DNA of 55,955 bases, taken from positions 1 through 55,955 of the forward strand of contig NIVC01003479.1 in the NCBI GenBank assembly GCA_002269645.1, written 5' to 3'. A program made the translations under genes and the position numbers. Shown here piece after piece: positions 1 to 12,575 of this stretch (within the stretch, counting starts at the first letter, position 1; each line of letters opens with the position of its first letter). Source of the DNA: Macrostomum lignano (Eukaryota). Under the pieces are notes generated by a model. The model saw nothing but the letters and a program-made list of their open reading frames with translations, made no database searches and was not told the DNA's origin.

Positions 1-930
1 TCGCACCGGTTCTTTCCTTCTCGGTTCTTGCTTCACCGGTCTTCCTCTACCGGTTCTTCCTCTACCGGTCCTTCCTCTACCGGTTCTTCCTCTACCGGTT
101 CTTCCTCTACCGTTCTTCCTCTACCGGATCTTCCTCTACCGGTTCTTCCTCTACCGGTTCTTCCTCTACCGGTCCTTCCTCTACGCGTTCTTCCTCTACC
201 GGTTCTTCCTCTACCGGTTCTTCCTCTACCGATCTTCCTCTACCGGTTCTTCCTCTACCGGTCCTTCCTCTACCGGTTCTTCCTCTACCGGATCTTCCTC
301 TACCGGTTCTTCCTCTACCGGTTCTTCCTCTACCGTTCTTCCTCTACCGGTTCTTCCTCTACCGTTCTTCCTCTACCGGATCTTCCTCTACCGGTTCTTC
401 CTCTACCGCTTCCTCTACCGGTTCTTCCTCTACCGGTTCTTCCTCTACCGGATCTTCCTCTACCGGTTCTTCCTCTACCGGTCCTTCCTCTACCGGTTCT
501 TCCTCTACCGTTCTTCCTCTACTGGTTCTTCCTCTACCGGTTCTTCCTCTACCGTCCTTCCTCTACTGGTCCTTCCTCTACGGTTCTTCTGCTCTACCGG
601 TCCTTCCTCTACCGGTTCTTCCTCTACCGGTTCTTCCTCTACCGGTTCTTCCTCTACCGTTCTTCCTCTACCGGTTCTTCCTCTACCGGTTCTTCCTCTA
701 CCGGTCCTTCCTCTACCGGTTCTTCCTCTACCGGTTCTTCCTCTACCGTCCTTCCTCTACCGGTTCTTCCTCTACCGGTTCTTCCTCTACCGGTCCTTCC
801 TCTACCGGTTCTTCCTCTACCGGTTCTATCATCACCAGTTGTATCACCGGTCCAATCACCGGTTCCTTTATCACCATTTCCTCTATCACAGTTATTTTAT
901 CACTGGTTTTTATCACCGGTTCTTCCCTAC
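1..930. repeat. Minisatellite, 15-bp unit TCTTCCTCTACCGGT, degenerating after ~830
   Basis: Directly visible tandem array; explains ORF 28..936. Confidence 0.95.
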
Positions 931-1535
931 CGGTAATTCCTGCAGCAGCTTTTCCTCCATCGCTTCTTTCTATATGTACATGTACACCAGTTCTGTATGG
1001 ATCGAGTAAGCTTGTATTCCATATTTCGCTCCATTTATTTCCTTATTTAGAAATTTCTACCTGAAATGCTACTTAAGGACATGGCAGAATGCAGCTCTGC
1101 CTACCAATGCTGTTTGTGTCACTTGGAGCGGCTAGCGATGAACGACTGACAATGTAAACTCAGCTACCAAACTCAGTCATAATTGTTCAGTCCCTGTAAA
1201 CAATTCTTGTCCAGAAACAATTTTTGCTACTATTTTTATCAATCAGCTTTTCAATTTCCTGAATCTGTCTGGCGCATGGAATCGGAAGCTTCTTACTTTT
1301 CCTGCTTAGACTAAATTTGCGAATGCCAGTGGAGTTTAGTTTGTAAACACTTTCGCCGCTGGAGTCGCACATTACTAATAATAATAAGGATGCTGGAGGA
1401 TGAAGGCCAGACTCTCATTGGCTGGGGCAGTCTTAGTCACGTGATACCGCTCCGACTCTGTGTTATCTAGCGGATCAAAGCTGCCGGGATCGCTTCGAAT
1501 GCAGCAGGCAAGATTCCAAAATCTACTATTGAACC

Positions 1536-3471
1536 ATGTCAGCAGCGTCAGCTTCTACAAGAGGTTCACAGCGGTGCAGCGCCTTGAATTTCAAGCAGCT
1601 GGGGACGAACAGCGACTGCAGTGAGCCGGGGCACCAGCAGCAGAGGGTCTCCGGCTCCTGCCAGGAGTTGACGCGGGAGAGGCTGCGGCTGCACCTGCAG
1701 ATGCGAAGGCCTGCAGAGTTTGCCATCGATCAGGACACGCTGAACACGTGAGTGTTGGGTCAGAGTGAGCATCGCTTGGCGCTGAATTGAAGCTTACAAG
1801 TCTAAACAGTGACATCTGAGTGACATACTGATAGAACACTATCAGGTGACATCTGGAGAGTGACATCTGGATTGAGTGACATCTGGATAGAGTGACATCT
1901 GGATAGAGTGACATCTGGATAGAGTGACATCTGGATAGAGTGATATCTGGATAGAGTGACATCTGGATAGAGTGACGTCTGTATAGAGTGACATCTGGAT
2001 AGAGTGACATCTGGATAGAGTGACATCTGGATAGAGTGACGTCTGTATAGAGTGACATCTGGATAGAGTGACGTCTGTATAGTGACATTTGGATAGAGTG
2101 ACATCTGTATAAAGTGACGTCTGTATGGAGTGACATCTGGATAGAGTGACATCTGGATTGAGTGACATCTGGATAGAGTGACATCTGGATAGAGTGACAT
2201 CTGGATAGAGTGACATCTGGATAGAGTGACGTCTGTATAGTGACATTTGGATAGAGTGACATCTGTATAAAGTGACGTCTGTATAGAGTGACATCTGGAT
2301 AGAGTGACATCTGGATAGAGTGACATCTGGATAGAGTGACATCTGGATAGAGTGACATCTGGATTGAGTGATATCTGGATAGAGTGACATATGGATAGAG
2401 TGACATCTGGATAGAGTGACATCTGGATAGAGTGACATCTTCATAGAGTGACATCTAGATAGAGTGACATCTAGATGAAGTGACATTACCGATGATTAAA
2501 ATGCCAAAGAATTGGCAACTGTAGAGTGAAAATTTCATGCTTCAATAAATTTATCAACAACCAGGCCAATTCACCGGCTGTTAGAATCGCCTGAAAGTCG
2601 ATCTAAACCTACGCAGACGGCTGACACTCTGTGCCGACTTCTGTCTGACCTGGCCTCGGTTGGTTACTTAGGCAGCTACATCAACCTGGCCAACCGCTGC
2701 GGCTGCGTGAGTGACATGGCATCGTACTGACGTTGTGACGGAGTGACATTGTGAATTTATGCCAGTATGCCAGAGTGAGACTGGCACTGAGACGGAGTGA
2801 CATTGAGACGGAGTGAGAATGAGACGGAGTGACATTGAGACAGAGTGACATTTGAGACGGAGTGATATTTAAGATGGAGTGACATCTGAGATGGAGTGAC
2901 ATTAGAGACGGAGTGACATTTGAGACGGAGTGACATTGAGACGGAGTGACATTGAGACGGAGTGACATTGAGACGGAGTGACATTGAGACGGGGTGACAC
3001 TGAGACGGGGTGACATGAAGATGGGTGACATTGAGACGGAGTGACATTTGAGATGGAGTGACATTTCAGACGGAGTAACACTGAGACGAATGACAAAGCA
3101 ACGAAATATCTCTCATCCCAAACCCCCAGACTCCGCTCTCCATCTGCCTACTCACTGAGCAGTACTCTAACCTCATATCCGTGCTAATCTCCCACGGAGC
3201 CCAGCTGCACCACCTGTGCGGCAGCTTGGCAGACAGGTGCAACCACTTGCACTTCGCCATGTCCAAGGCCAGTCCCAAAACCATAGACAGCACCTTGGAC
3301 GAGGTGTTTCGCACCTACCCAAGCGAAGCGGACGGAATGTACGCCCTGAATCGTCGGGGTGAGACCCCCAAAGCCGCGCTGATGAGGCGCACCGAGGAGG
3401 CTACGCTGTGCGCTTGGCGCGAGCCGCACCTGCCTGGTCAGCTGACTCGGATTCTGGAGCGAATTCCTTAA
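1536..3471 (+). CDS. Ankyrin-repeat protein, ~231 aa, join(1536..1747,2565..2706,3130..3471)
   Basis: GTGAGT donors at 1748 and 2707, CAG acceptors ending 2564 and 3129; phases match. Splicing rebuilds ankyrin motifs across both junctions: DQDTLNT|PIHRLL and INLANRCGC|TPLSICLL...VLISHGA, plus ALNRRGETP. Confidence 0.8.
1808..2485. repeat. Intronic minisatellite, 16-bp unit ATAGAGTGACATCTGG
   Basis: Tandem array filling intron 1 of the ankyrin gene. Confidence 0.95.
2708..3090. repeat. Intronic minisatellite, ~16-bp unit GAGACGGAGTGACATT
   Basis: Tandem array filling intron 2; shares GAGTGACAT core with the intron-1 array. Confidence 0.92.
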
Positions 3472-3564
3472 AATCAGCTTTTTCAGTATTGCGTTGAAGG
3501 CGATTTTCAGGGGGGGGGTTGGATTTTTAGTGGGAGTTGAAGGTGATTATCAATGGGGTTGAAA

Positions 3565-4170
3565 GCGATTGTCAGAAGGGTGTAGGAGGCGATGTGTCAG
3601 AAAGGTGTTAGAGGCGATGTGTCAGAAAGGTGTTGGAGGCGATGTGTCAGAAGGGTGTAGGAGGCGATGTGTCAGAAAGGTGTTAGAGGCGATGTGTCAG
3701 AAAGGTGTTGGAGGCGATGTGTCAGAAGGGTGTAGGAGGCGATGTGTCAGAAAGGTGTTGGAGGCGATGTTTCAGAAAGGTGTTGGAGGCGATGTGTCAG
3801 AAGGGTGTAGGAGGCGATGTGTCAGAAAGGTGTTGGAGGCGATGTGTCAGAAGGGTGTTGGAGGCGATGTGTCAGAAGGGTGTAGGAGGCGATGTGTCAG
3901 AAAGGTGTTGGAGGCGATGTGTCAGAAGGGTGTAGGAGGCGATGTGTCAGAAAGGTGTTGGAGGCGATGTGTCAGAAGGGTGTAGGAGGCGATTGTCAGA
4001 AAGGTGTTGGAGGCGATGTGTCAGAAAGGTGTAGGAGGCGATTGTCAGAAAGGTGTTGGAGGCGATGTGTCAGAAAGGTGTTGGAGGCGATTGTCAGAAA
4101 GGTGTAGGAGGCGATGTGTCAGAAAGGTGTTGGAGGCGATGTGTCAGAAAGGTGTTGGAGGCGATTGTCA
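3565..4170. repeat. Minisatellite, 25-bp unit GTCAGAAAGGTGTTGGAGGCGATGT
   Basis: Tandem array downstream of the ankyrin stop; explains ORFs 3569-4325. Confidence 0.95.
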
Positions 4171-4639
4171 GTAAGGGAGTTGGAGATAATTTAATATTTA
4201 AAATTACAAACTCGAAAAACAGTGAAAACTATGATCTGTCAATTTTTTTATCATTAAATTGTCAGTTCAAGCGGACACCAAATGAACCAGCTGCTGAAAT
4301 GGCACATTTATTTCATTGGGATTGAATGTAAGCACTGAATTAGGCATTTGAACAATAAAGTACTGCAGTTATAAAAGCGCACAAAAATTGGTCATAATAT
4401 ACATACATAAAACGCGCCCTGTGACATGATGACAAGTTACGAAACAACATAGAAATGCCAGAAATGAATTATAAAACACAATTCAAGGGTTAATTAGAAA
4501 GGGTATGCATAGCTAGTTTACAATAAGCATATTAATTAATGATTACAACAGATACAATAATTAAAATTGATGGAAAATATGGAAATATACATGGAACAAA
4601 ATAATATTGAAAATGAGCCTTAAATCAAACTTCGGATAA

Positions 4640-5175
4640 TTGAGATTATTTAAATCCCAATTAGGAAGTCCTGGGAGTTAAGGATTACTGAAATCCCAAA
4701 TAGGGAATTTCTGAGATTTGGGGATTAATGAAACCTCAATTGGAGATTTCTGAGATTTGGGGACTATTGAAATTGTAATTGGGGATTTCTGGAGTTAGAG
4801 ATTATTGAAATCCCAAATTGGGAATTCCTGGGATTTGGGAATTATTGAAACTCCAAGTAGGGGATTTCTAGGATTGGAGGATTATTGAAATCCCAATAGC
4901 AGATTTTTGGGATTTAAGTATTTTTGAAACCCCCAAAAGGGGATTTCTGAGATTTGGGATTATTGAAATCCCAATAGCGGATTTATGAGATTTGGGGATT
5001 ATTGCAATTGTAACTGGGGATTTTTTGGGAGTTAGGGATTAATAAAATCCAAATAGGGAATTCCTGGGATTTCGGGATCATTTAAACCCAAGTAGTGGAT
5101 TTCTAGGATTGGAGGATTATTGAAATCCCAATAGCGGATTTCTGGGATTTGGGTATTATTGGAATACCAAGGGAT
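4640..5175. repeat. Degenerate tandem repeat (GGGATTATTGAAATCCCAA...GATTTCTG motif)
   Basis: Recurrent motif with many substitutions between two convergent gene ends. Confidence 0.75.
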
Positions 5176-5203
5176 TTATGGTGAATGAAGCCAGTCAGAC
5201 AGT

Positions 5204-5739
5204 TTATTCAACCAGAGGGCTGTCCGTTTCCGCCAGCGCCTCCACCCCGCCGCCGCCTCCAGCCAGCCCGGGCATGAAGAAGGCGCAGTTGTCAAGGCTG
5301 TCGGCGGCTTCGGCCACGTCAACAGCTTCAGCAATGCCGGGTGCTTGGGTGGCCAGGCAGTGCAGGCAGACCAGGGCGCACAGGAGCGAGTCCGTGACCA
5401 CGTCCAGCGAGCCGGCGTGAGACACGCTGCTGGCCCGCTTCAGCCGGAGCCCCAGCGCCTGCAGCGAGTCGCCCAACAACTTCAGGTGGGCGGCCACGTC
5501 TAAGGCGGTGAATCTGCCGAGCTTGGACTTCTCCATTTGCACCTGCGCGGCGTGCGGAGGGCGGAATTGGTGGCTTGTCTGATAGGCAGACAGAGACACA
5601 GACAGACAGACAGACAGACACAGACAGGCAGGCAGACAGACAGACACAAAGACAAACAGACAGGCAGACAGACAGACAGACAGACAGACACAGACAGGCA
5701 GACAGACAGACAGGCAGATAGGCAGACAGGCAGGCAGGC

Positions 5740-5778
<39 letters not shown>

Positions 5779-7310
5779 AAAACAGACAGACAGACACACA
5801 GAATGACAAACAGACAGACAGGCAGACAGACAGACAGACAGACAGACAAACATACAGACAGACAGACAGACAGACAGATAGGCAGACAGGCGGACAGGCA
5901 GGCAGACAGACACGGAACAAAATGGCACACACCTGAAGCCGGCGCCGCTCCCCAGCCAATCGTTTGACGGCCTCCACGGCGCGGTGATCGGCCAGCTGGC
6001 GCGGACTGGCGTCGGCGCCGAAACTTTTGGCGCCGATTCGAGCAGCCTGGCGCATCAGCCGGCTGGCCTTGACGTTCCATTGGCGCTTCTCTTTCTCTGG
6101 CAGGTACTGCCACAGCTGCTGAAGCTTGCGCTTGTCCACCTGCGAGTGTGCATTGGGGTAGGGATTTTAAGTTAGAGCGTGTACATTGGAGGTTAGGGTT
6201 TTAGAGTGAGTATACCGTACATTGGGGGGTAGAGGTTCTTGAGAGCGTGTACATTGGGGGTAGGGTTTCCTGAGAGCGTATACATTAGGTAAGGGTTCTA
6301 GAGAGCGTGTGTACATTGGGGGTAGGGGTTCTAGAGAGCGTGTGTACATTGGGGGCAGGGGTTCTAGAGAGTGATTATACCGTACATTAGGGGTAGCGAT
6401 TCTAGAGAGCGTGTGTATATAAAGGGTAGGGATTCTAGAGAGCGTGTGTGCATTGGGGGCAGGGGTTCTAGAGAGCGTGTGTACATTAAGGGTAGGGATT
6501 CTAGAGAGCGTGTGTGCATTGGGGGTAGGGGTTCTAGAGAGCGTGTGTACATTGGGGCAGGGGTTCTAGAGAGCGTGTGTACATTGAGGGTAGGGGTTCT
6601 AGAGAGCGTGTGTACATTGGGGCAGGGGTTCTAGAGAGCGTGTGTACATTGGGGGTAGGGGTTCTAGAGAGTGAGTGTACATTGGGGGTAGGGGTTATAG
6701 AGAGTGAGTGTACATTGGGGCAAGGGTTTACATAACAAATTATTTTCTGCGAATTCCTAATGAGGCACGCTGGTAATTTTAGATTTTCCAGCCTGACCTG
6801 CTGCTCTTCGCCAGCTGCGGCAAAGTCCGCACTGGAAGCCGCTCCGCCTCCACCAGCGCCAAAGTCGCCACCACCGCCGCCCTCGGCCAGTCGGGCCTTC
6901 TGCACCCTCAGCCACAGCATGTGGCCGCTGAACTTTTTAAAGCCGATCAAATCGCTGGCTCGAACAACGTCGGCCTTTTTGCCGACCGAACGGCCAGTTT
7001 GCTTCATCCGGCCGCTGCTTAGCAACTGGTTGCTAAGGTGACGCCTAGCGGCGGCGTCTTCGCCCGATGCGGACGCGGCTGCCGTCGACATGACGTCGTC
7101 AAAGTCGGCAGCTCCCATATGAAAGTCGCTCATGTTAGATGGGTCGTCAATGGACATGGAGGCGGGGGCGGCCGTCGGGTGCAGTTCCGACTTCCGAGGT
7201 CGACGACGCTCTGAAGCGGCGGCAGCGGCAGCCGATGTCGACGCCGATATGGCTGACTGCAGACTGAGCAGAGTCCGGGTTAGCGGGTCGGCGGCGTCCA
7301 TCGGGTTCAT
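5204..7310 (-). CDS. HMGXB4: HMG box-containing protein 4-like, join complement(6798..7310,5933..6139,5204..5578)
   Basis: HMG-box-like KKFSGHMLWLR...LQQLWQYLPEKEKRQWNVKA. C-terminus DVAAHLKLLGDSLQALGLRL...DSLLCAL...LDNCAFFMPGL matches the conserved HMGXB4 tail (DVAAHLQLLGESL...LDNIAYIMPGL). Phase-0 GT-AG introns; the last acceptor could alternatively be ~36 nt further in. Confidence 0.88.
5582..5915. repeat. (CAGA)n-type microsatellite in HMGXB4 intron
   Basis: Imperfect CAGA/CAGG tetramer run. Confidence 0.95.
6178..6725. repeat. Minisatellite, 33-bp unit GTGTGTACATTGGGGGTAGGGGTTCTAGAGAGC (HMGXB4 intron)
   Basis: Tandem array; same family recurs at 8935-9430. Confidence 0.93.
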
Positions 7311-7409
7311 TGCGGAGCTGCAGGGGATGCCAAAGTGGTTTGAAGCAGTCAGCTTGCTTGGGAGTGGTTTTCTTGGAAAAATGTCTTAACCTGTTTATTT
7401 GGCACTAAA

Positions 7410-7862
7410 TGTCTGTGTCTTCACTAAATGTCTGTGTCCTCACAAACTGTCTGTGTCCTCACAAACTGTCTGTGTCATCACAAACTGTCTGTGTCCTAAC
7501 AAACTGTCTGTGTCCTAACAAACTGTCTGTGTCCTCATCACAACCTGTCTGTGTCCTCACAAACTGTCTGTGTCCTCATCACAACCTGTCTGTGTCCTCA
7601 CAAACTGTCTGTGTCCTCACAAACTGTCTGTGTCCTCACAAACTGTCTGTGTCATCACAAACTGTCTGTGTCCTAACAAACTGTCTGTGTTATCACAAAC
7701 TGTCTGTGTCCTAACAAACTGCCTGTGTCCTCATCACAACCTGTCTGTGTCCTCACAAACTGTCTGTGTCCTCACAAACTGTCTGTGTCCTCACAAACTG
7801 TCTGTGTCCTCACAAACTGTCTGTCCTCACAAACTGTCGGTGTCCTCACAAACTGTCTGTGT
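7410..7862. repeat. Minisatellite, 19-bp unit CACAAACTGTCTGTGTCCT
   Basis: Tandem array upstream of the HMGXB4 ATG. Confidence 0.95.
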
Positions 7863-8934
7863 CCCGGCCAGTTTACGACACTTGCCAATCAATAAAGCCA
7901 AATCAGTTAGTTGCAGTTACAAAAAGTCGCCCTGTGACAATAAAAAAGAAATTTATTTGTCCAATTAGAAAAAAGACCTTTAAAACAATTTATCAAACTC
8001 AGAGTTTTATAAATAAGGCGGCAAAAAGTCACAAAATTAGAGCATTCCACTATCCAATCCATATAATAAATTCATAAACGCTCGCAGAGCATAATATATC
8101 AGGTATTCTTATCTTTCTCATTATAATAAAGCGTCTATCATAAATTCATAAATCCAAGTAATAAATCAATTAGAGCCATAGTTAATATTTTTTGAATTAT
8201 CGCGCATGATACAGACTACTTACAGTAATAAAATCAGCATATAGAAACAATAACAATTAAATAATCCATTTAACTTACGATTGTCGGGTTTAATACAAAT
8301 AAAACACAGGCAGATAGATAGATAATCATAGGTAGAGTCAGTAGCTAGAAGCCAAAATACGCAGAAGCAGAATATGAATAACAAAAATGCCACTAAGAGT
8401 AATAAAAATAATAAAATTAAACAACTTCCGTTTCAAAAAAGAGTACAAATTTACATTGCGTAAATATTAACGCCAGTACGCGTTGGCCATTGACTTTTGT
8501 AATTTTATTGCACAGCTGATTAATAGATGCAAAAGTGAGCCACTATTGCCAATAAGCAAATCTAAATACCCAGCAAATATAATGCAATATATAAAGCATA
8601 CGAGTTCTTACATAATAGTAAAACAACATAAAAGCAAATTAAAAGCGATTTGTGCATAAAAAATTTAATTAGGCATCAGTAGTAATAATAATTTATATAA
8701 TTGTAGACAAAAACCGTCCGAAAGCAGAGTCGCAGGTATAATTCAGCAGAGAGAAGCATATTTGATAGTAGATAGTATATATAAATACATTCCATTAGTT
8801 CAAGCCAAGTCAGTCTTTATTATCACATTTTTCTTCATGATAGTTCTTCCTAATAAAAGAAAAAATAAATTTCAATAATACGCAAAAGAATTCAACTAAA
8901 TTAGGCTTGTAATTTTCTTTGATTGAGGCAGGCG

Positions 8935-9430
8935 TGTGTCCATTGGGGGTAGGGGTTCTAGAGAGCGTGTGTACATTGGGAGTAGGGGTTCTAGAGAGCG
9001 TGTGTACATTGGGAGTAGGGGTTCTAGAGAGCGTGTGTACATTGGGGGCAGGGGTTCTAGAGAGCGTGTGTACATTGGGGGCATGGGTTCTAGAGAGCGT
9101 GTACATTGGGGGTAGGGGTTCTAGAGAGCGTGTGTACATTGGGGGCAGGGGTTCTAGAGAGCGTACGGGTGTACATTGGGGGCATGGGTTCTAGAGAGCG
9201 TGTACATTGGGGGTAGGGGTTCTAGAGAGCGTGTGTACATTGGGGGTAGGGGTTCTAGAGAGCGTGTGTACATTGGGGTAGGGGTTCTAGAGAGCGTGTG
9301 TACATTGGGGGTAGGGGTTCTAGAATCTAGAGAGCGTGTGTACATTTGGGGCAGGGGTTCTAGAGAGCGTGTGTACATTTGGGGGTAGGGGTTCTAGAGA
9401 GCGCGTGTACATCAGGGGCAGGGTTCTAAA
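8935..9430. repeat. Second array of the 33-bp GTGTGTACATTGGGGG... minisatellite
   Basis: Same unit and orientation as 6178-6725. Confidence 0.93.
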
Positions 9431-9555
9431 GAACATACCGGTAAGTACATTGGGGGTGGAGCCCACACGGCTCTTAAGTTAGTAATCATGCTACTTTTAA
9501 TCACAAAAAGCTGTCAAAAAAGCCTCAACAGCGAAGCGTCTTCAATTATAACCAA

Positions 9556-11924
9556 TTAGTCATGCAAATCCTCTCCGTTAGCCAGCATTCGTTGGACCCG
9601 ATCGTCATTTCCGTGCTGGACCTGTCCGTCACTGGCGGGCTCTACACTGCCTAGCCGACTGTTCTCGGTTGTCTCATTGATTGTCAGCCGCTCTTCGTCA
9701 ACCTCCTCGTCTTCGTCGTCGGTGGTCACGTGACCGTTAGAGATAATCTCGGGATAGATTGGAGCCAGGAGGAGGCGCAATTCCGGGTCGTCGCTAGCCA
9801 AATCCATCGGGGTTTCGCCGCGCTGACAAAATTTATGAAAAATTAGAGCTTAATATAGAGCTGGTTAAGTCCCCAAAAGGGCCGTTTTGCATGCAGTAGA
9901 TTTGCCATTGATATTAATTAATTCGGTTTCAGTATAGCTTAGAAAGTTAGAAGCCAATAAAAATCGATGAAAAGCTGTTAAAAGTTCGAACTAATTTAGT
10001 TTAAGAAACTTTCTATCTAAAGTATACTTTATTATATTATTATTAAAGACGTACTTTCCTATATTTCTACTATAAGTAGAGTAGCTAATTTTTTATTATT
10101 CAGTATTTTCAGTATTCAGTATTAGAAAGAAACTTCTTAGCTCAAGAAAAGATGCAAAAATTTAGATTTGGCTATCAGAATTACTTTTTAATAAATATAA
10201 ATAGACGCCATTAGACAGTAGCTTAAACTAAATTACCAGAGATTCTCGCTCAGGATTGGCTCCATAGCTAATCAGCAGTTCAACGATGCTCTTCAATTCC
10301 CGATTAACGGCCCAGTGCAGCGCCGTCCAGCCTGACATATCGGCGGCGCCAACATCAGCGCCGTGGTCCAACAGGCACCTGGCCAGCGGCAGGTGTCCGT
10401 GATAAACGGCAAACATCAGCGGGGTGAAGTCGGCTTCGCCGCGAGCGCCGGACTCTGGTGGCTGGCTGCGATCGTCGATGCCGAGGCCGGGACAGGCGCC
10501 GGGGGCCAGCAGCTGCTCGGCAATGTCCACTAGGGCACGGGCGAAACGAGACTGGTCCAGCGGCGCTGATGCGGGCTGGTGCGCCTGGCGCCGGGCGCGC
10601 CGATCAGCTGCTGCAGCGGCTGCTGGCTTGCCTGGGAGAGCAGTTGGGGCATTGCGTGGCGCCTACTGAAGTAGCCTAGGAGAGGGGCGTGGCGCCCTCT
10701 GAACCTACCCAATGAAGATGGAGTGGCGTCCCTGAATCTGCTATGACGCCTCCCTGAAGCCACACCCATTAAGTTGGTATGGCGCCTCCCTGAAGCTACA
10801 CCCATGAAGCTGGTATGGCGCCTCCCTGAAGCCACACCTATGAAGTTGGTATGGCGCCTCTCTGAAGCTACACCCATGAAGCTGGTATGGCGCCTCCCTG
10901 AAGCCACACCTATGAAGTTGGTGTATAGCGACTCCCTGAAGCCACACCCATGAAGCTGGTATGGCGCCTCCCTGAAGCCACACCCATGAAGCTGGTGCAG
11001 TACAGCGCCTCCTTGAAGCCACACCCATGAAGCTGGTGCAGTATGGCGCCTCCCTGAAGCCACACCCATGAAGCTGGTGCAGTACAGCGCCTCCTTGAAG
11101 CTACACCCATGAAGCTGGTGCAGTATGGCGCCTCCCTGAAGCCACACCCATGAAGTTGGTGTATAGTGCCTCCCTGAAGCCACACCCATGAAGCTGGTAT
11201 GGCGCCTCCCTGAAGCCACACCTATGAAGTTGGTATGGCGCCTCTCTGAAGCTACACCCATGAAGCTGGTATGGCGCCTCCCTGAAGCCACACCCATGAA
11301 TTGAGACCCCAACTCACCATTGGCAACTGGCCAATCCGCAGCCATCAATCCGGCAGGCAGTTCCTCTTCAACGCTACGCAGCTGGGCAATCATAGCGGCA
11401 TACAGTGGTGATTGGTCCAGACTAGCCGTGCTCACCCGCTTGCCATTCTGACAGATCTGGCTCTTCGGCGCCGCTCTGCACAGCTCGTGCAGGCAATTCC
11501 TGCCGTCGCTATTGCGCAACAGATAATCGCATCTAGGCGAGGCTTGCAGGCAGCGCACAACGCTAGGCTGGCAGAAATAGCAGGCCATAATTAAAGCTGT
11601 CCAACCCCGCTCGTTCGTTGCGCTAGGATTAGCCCCGGCTTCTAGTAGCAGACGAACAATTTCCTCTTGGCCAGTCATAGACGCCTGATGCAGCGCCGTA
11701 TTGCCTTTGCCATCCAGGGCGTCCACTTGGCAACCGGCTTCCAGTAGCAGTCGGACAATTTCCGGCTTGCCCTGACTGGCAACGTGAATAGGGCAGGACT
11801 GGTGAGTGTGACTCATATAGTTCACATCGATACGGCCGCTGGTCAGCATCTGGCGGACTTTCCACTCGCGACCGTAGCTGCAGCTGTCCCAGAAGGCCTC
11901 CTGACGGGTGGCTGCTTGGCCCAT
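9556..11924 (-). CDS. Ankyrin-repeat protein, ~422 aa, join complement(11318..11924,10237..10631,9556..9822)
   Basis: Clear ankyrin repeats (DGKGNTALHQAS, NERGWTALIMAC, DFTPLMFAVYHGH, DMSGWTALHWAV, RGETPMDLA). GTGAGT donor at 11317 with CTCTCCCAG acceptor (phase 1); GTAATT donor at 10236 with TTTGTCAG acceptor (phase 0). Acidic C-terminal tail. Confidence 0.88.
10742..11300. repeat. Intronic minisatellite, 36/41-bp unit CCCTGAAGCCACACCCATGAAGCTGGTATGGCGCCT
   Basis: Tandem array in intron 1 of the second ankyrin gene; read through by the 465-aa ORF. Confidence 0.95.
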
Positions 11925-12084
11925 CACTTTTCAGATCTCTGATTATTGTTGACTGACAGCTGACTTGAGGCTATTGGACACGCAGACTAGTGAAAGACTG
12001 AAAGCTGGAAAATAATCTGAAAGTGCAAACAATTAAGGAGGAGATTAATTAAAGAACATAAATATACATCCCAACTCATGGACA

Positions 12085-12575
12085 TTGAGTGGCGCTAAAA
12101 TGGACATCGTGAGGCGCAACACTGGACACATGGAGTGGCGCTAAGATGGACCCATAGAGTGGCGCTTAAATGGACACATCAAATGGCGCTAAAATAGACA
12201 CATTGGGTGGCGCTAAAAAGGACATTGGGTGGCGCTAAAATAGACATTGGGTGACGCTAAAAGGGACACATCAAGTGGCGCTAAAAAGACCCATGGAGTG
12301 GCGCTAAAAAGACCCAGGGAGTGGCGCTAAAAAGACCCATGGAGTGGCGCTAAAAAAGACCCATTGAGTGGCGCTAAAAAAGACCCATGGAGTGGCGCTA
12401 AAAAAACCCATAAAGTGGCGCTAGAAAGGTTCATGGAGTGGCGCTAAAAGACTCATGGAGTCGCGCTAAAAAACCCATGGAGTGGCGCTAAAATGGAGAG
12501 TTGGTGGGGCTAAAAAGAGCATTGGGTGGGCTAAAATGGACTTGGATGGGGCTAAAACGGACATTGGGTGGGGCT
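12085..12575. repeat. Degenerate minisatellite, ~22-bp unit with GTGGCGCTAAAA core
   Basis: Recurrent core with variable linker. Confidence 0.85.

Noticed and set aside
931-1372. Possible minus-strand exons (39-nt KEAMEEKLLQELP with GT/AG; ORF 1187..1372)
   Set aside because: No recognisable domain and no phase-consistent chain of exons could be built.
10530-11927. Single 465-aa ankyrin ORF
   Set aside because: It reads through a minisatellite intron and continues in the wrong frame; the spliced model restores the downstream ankyrin repeats.
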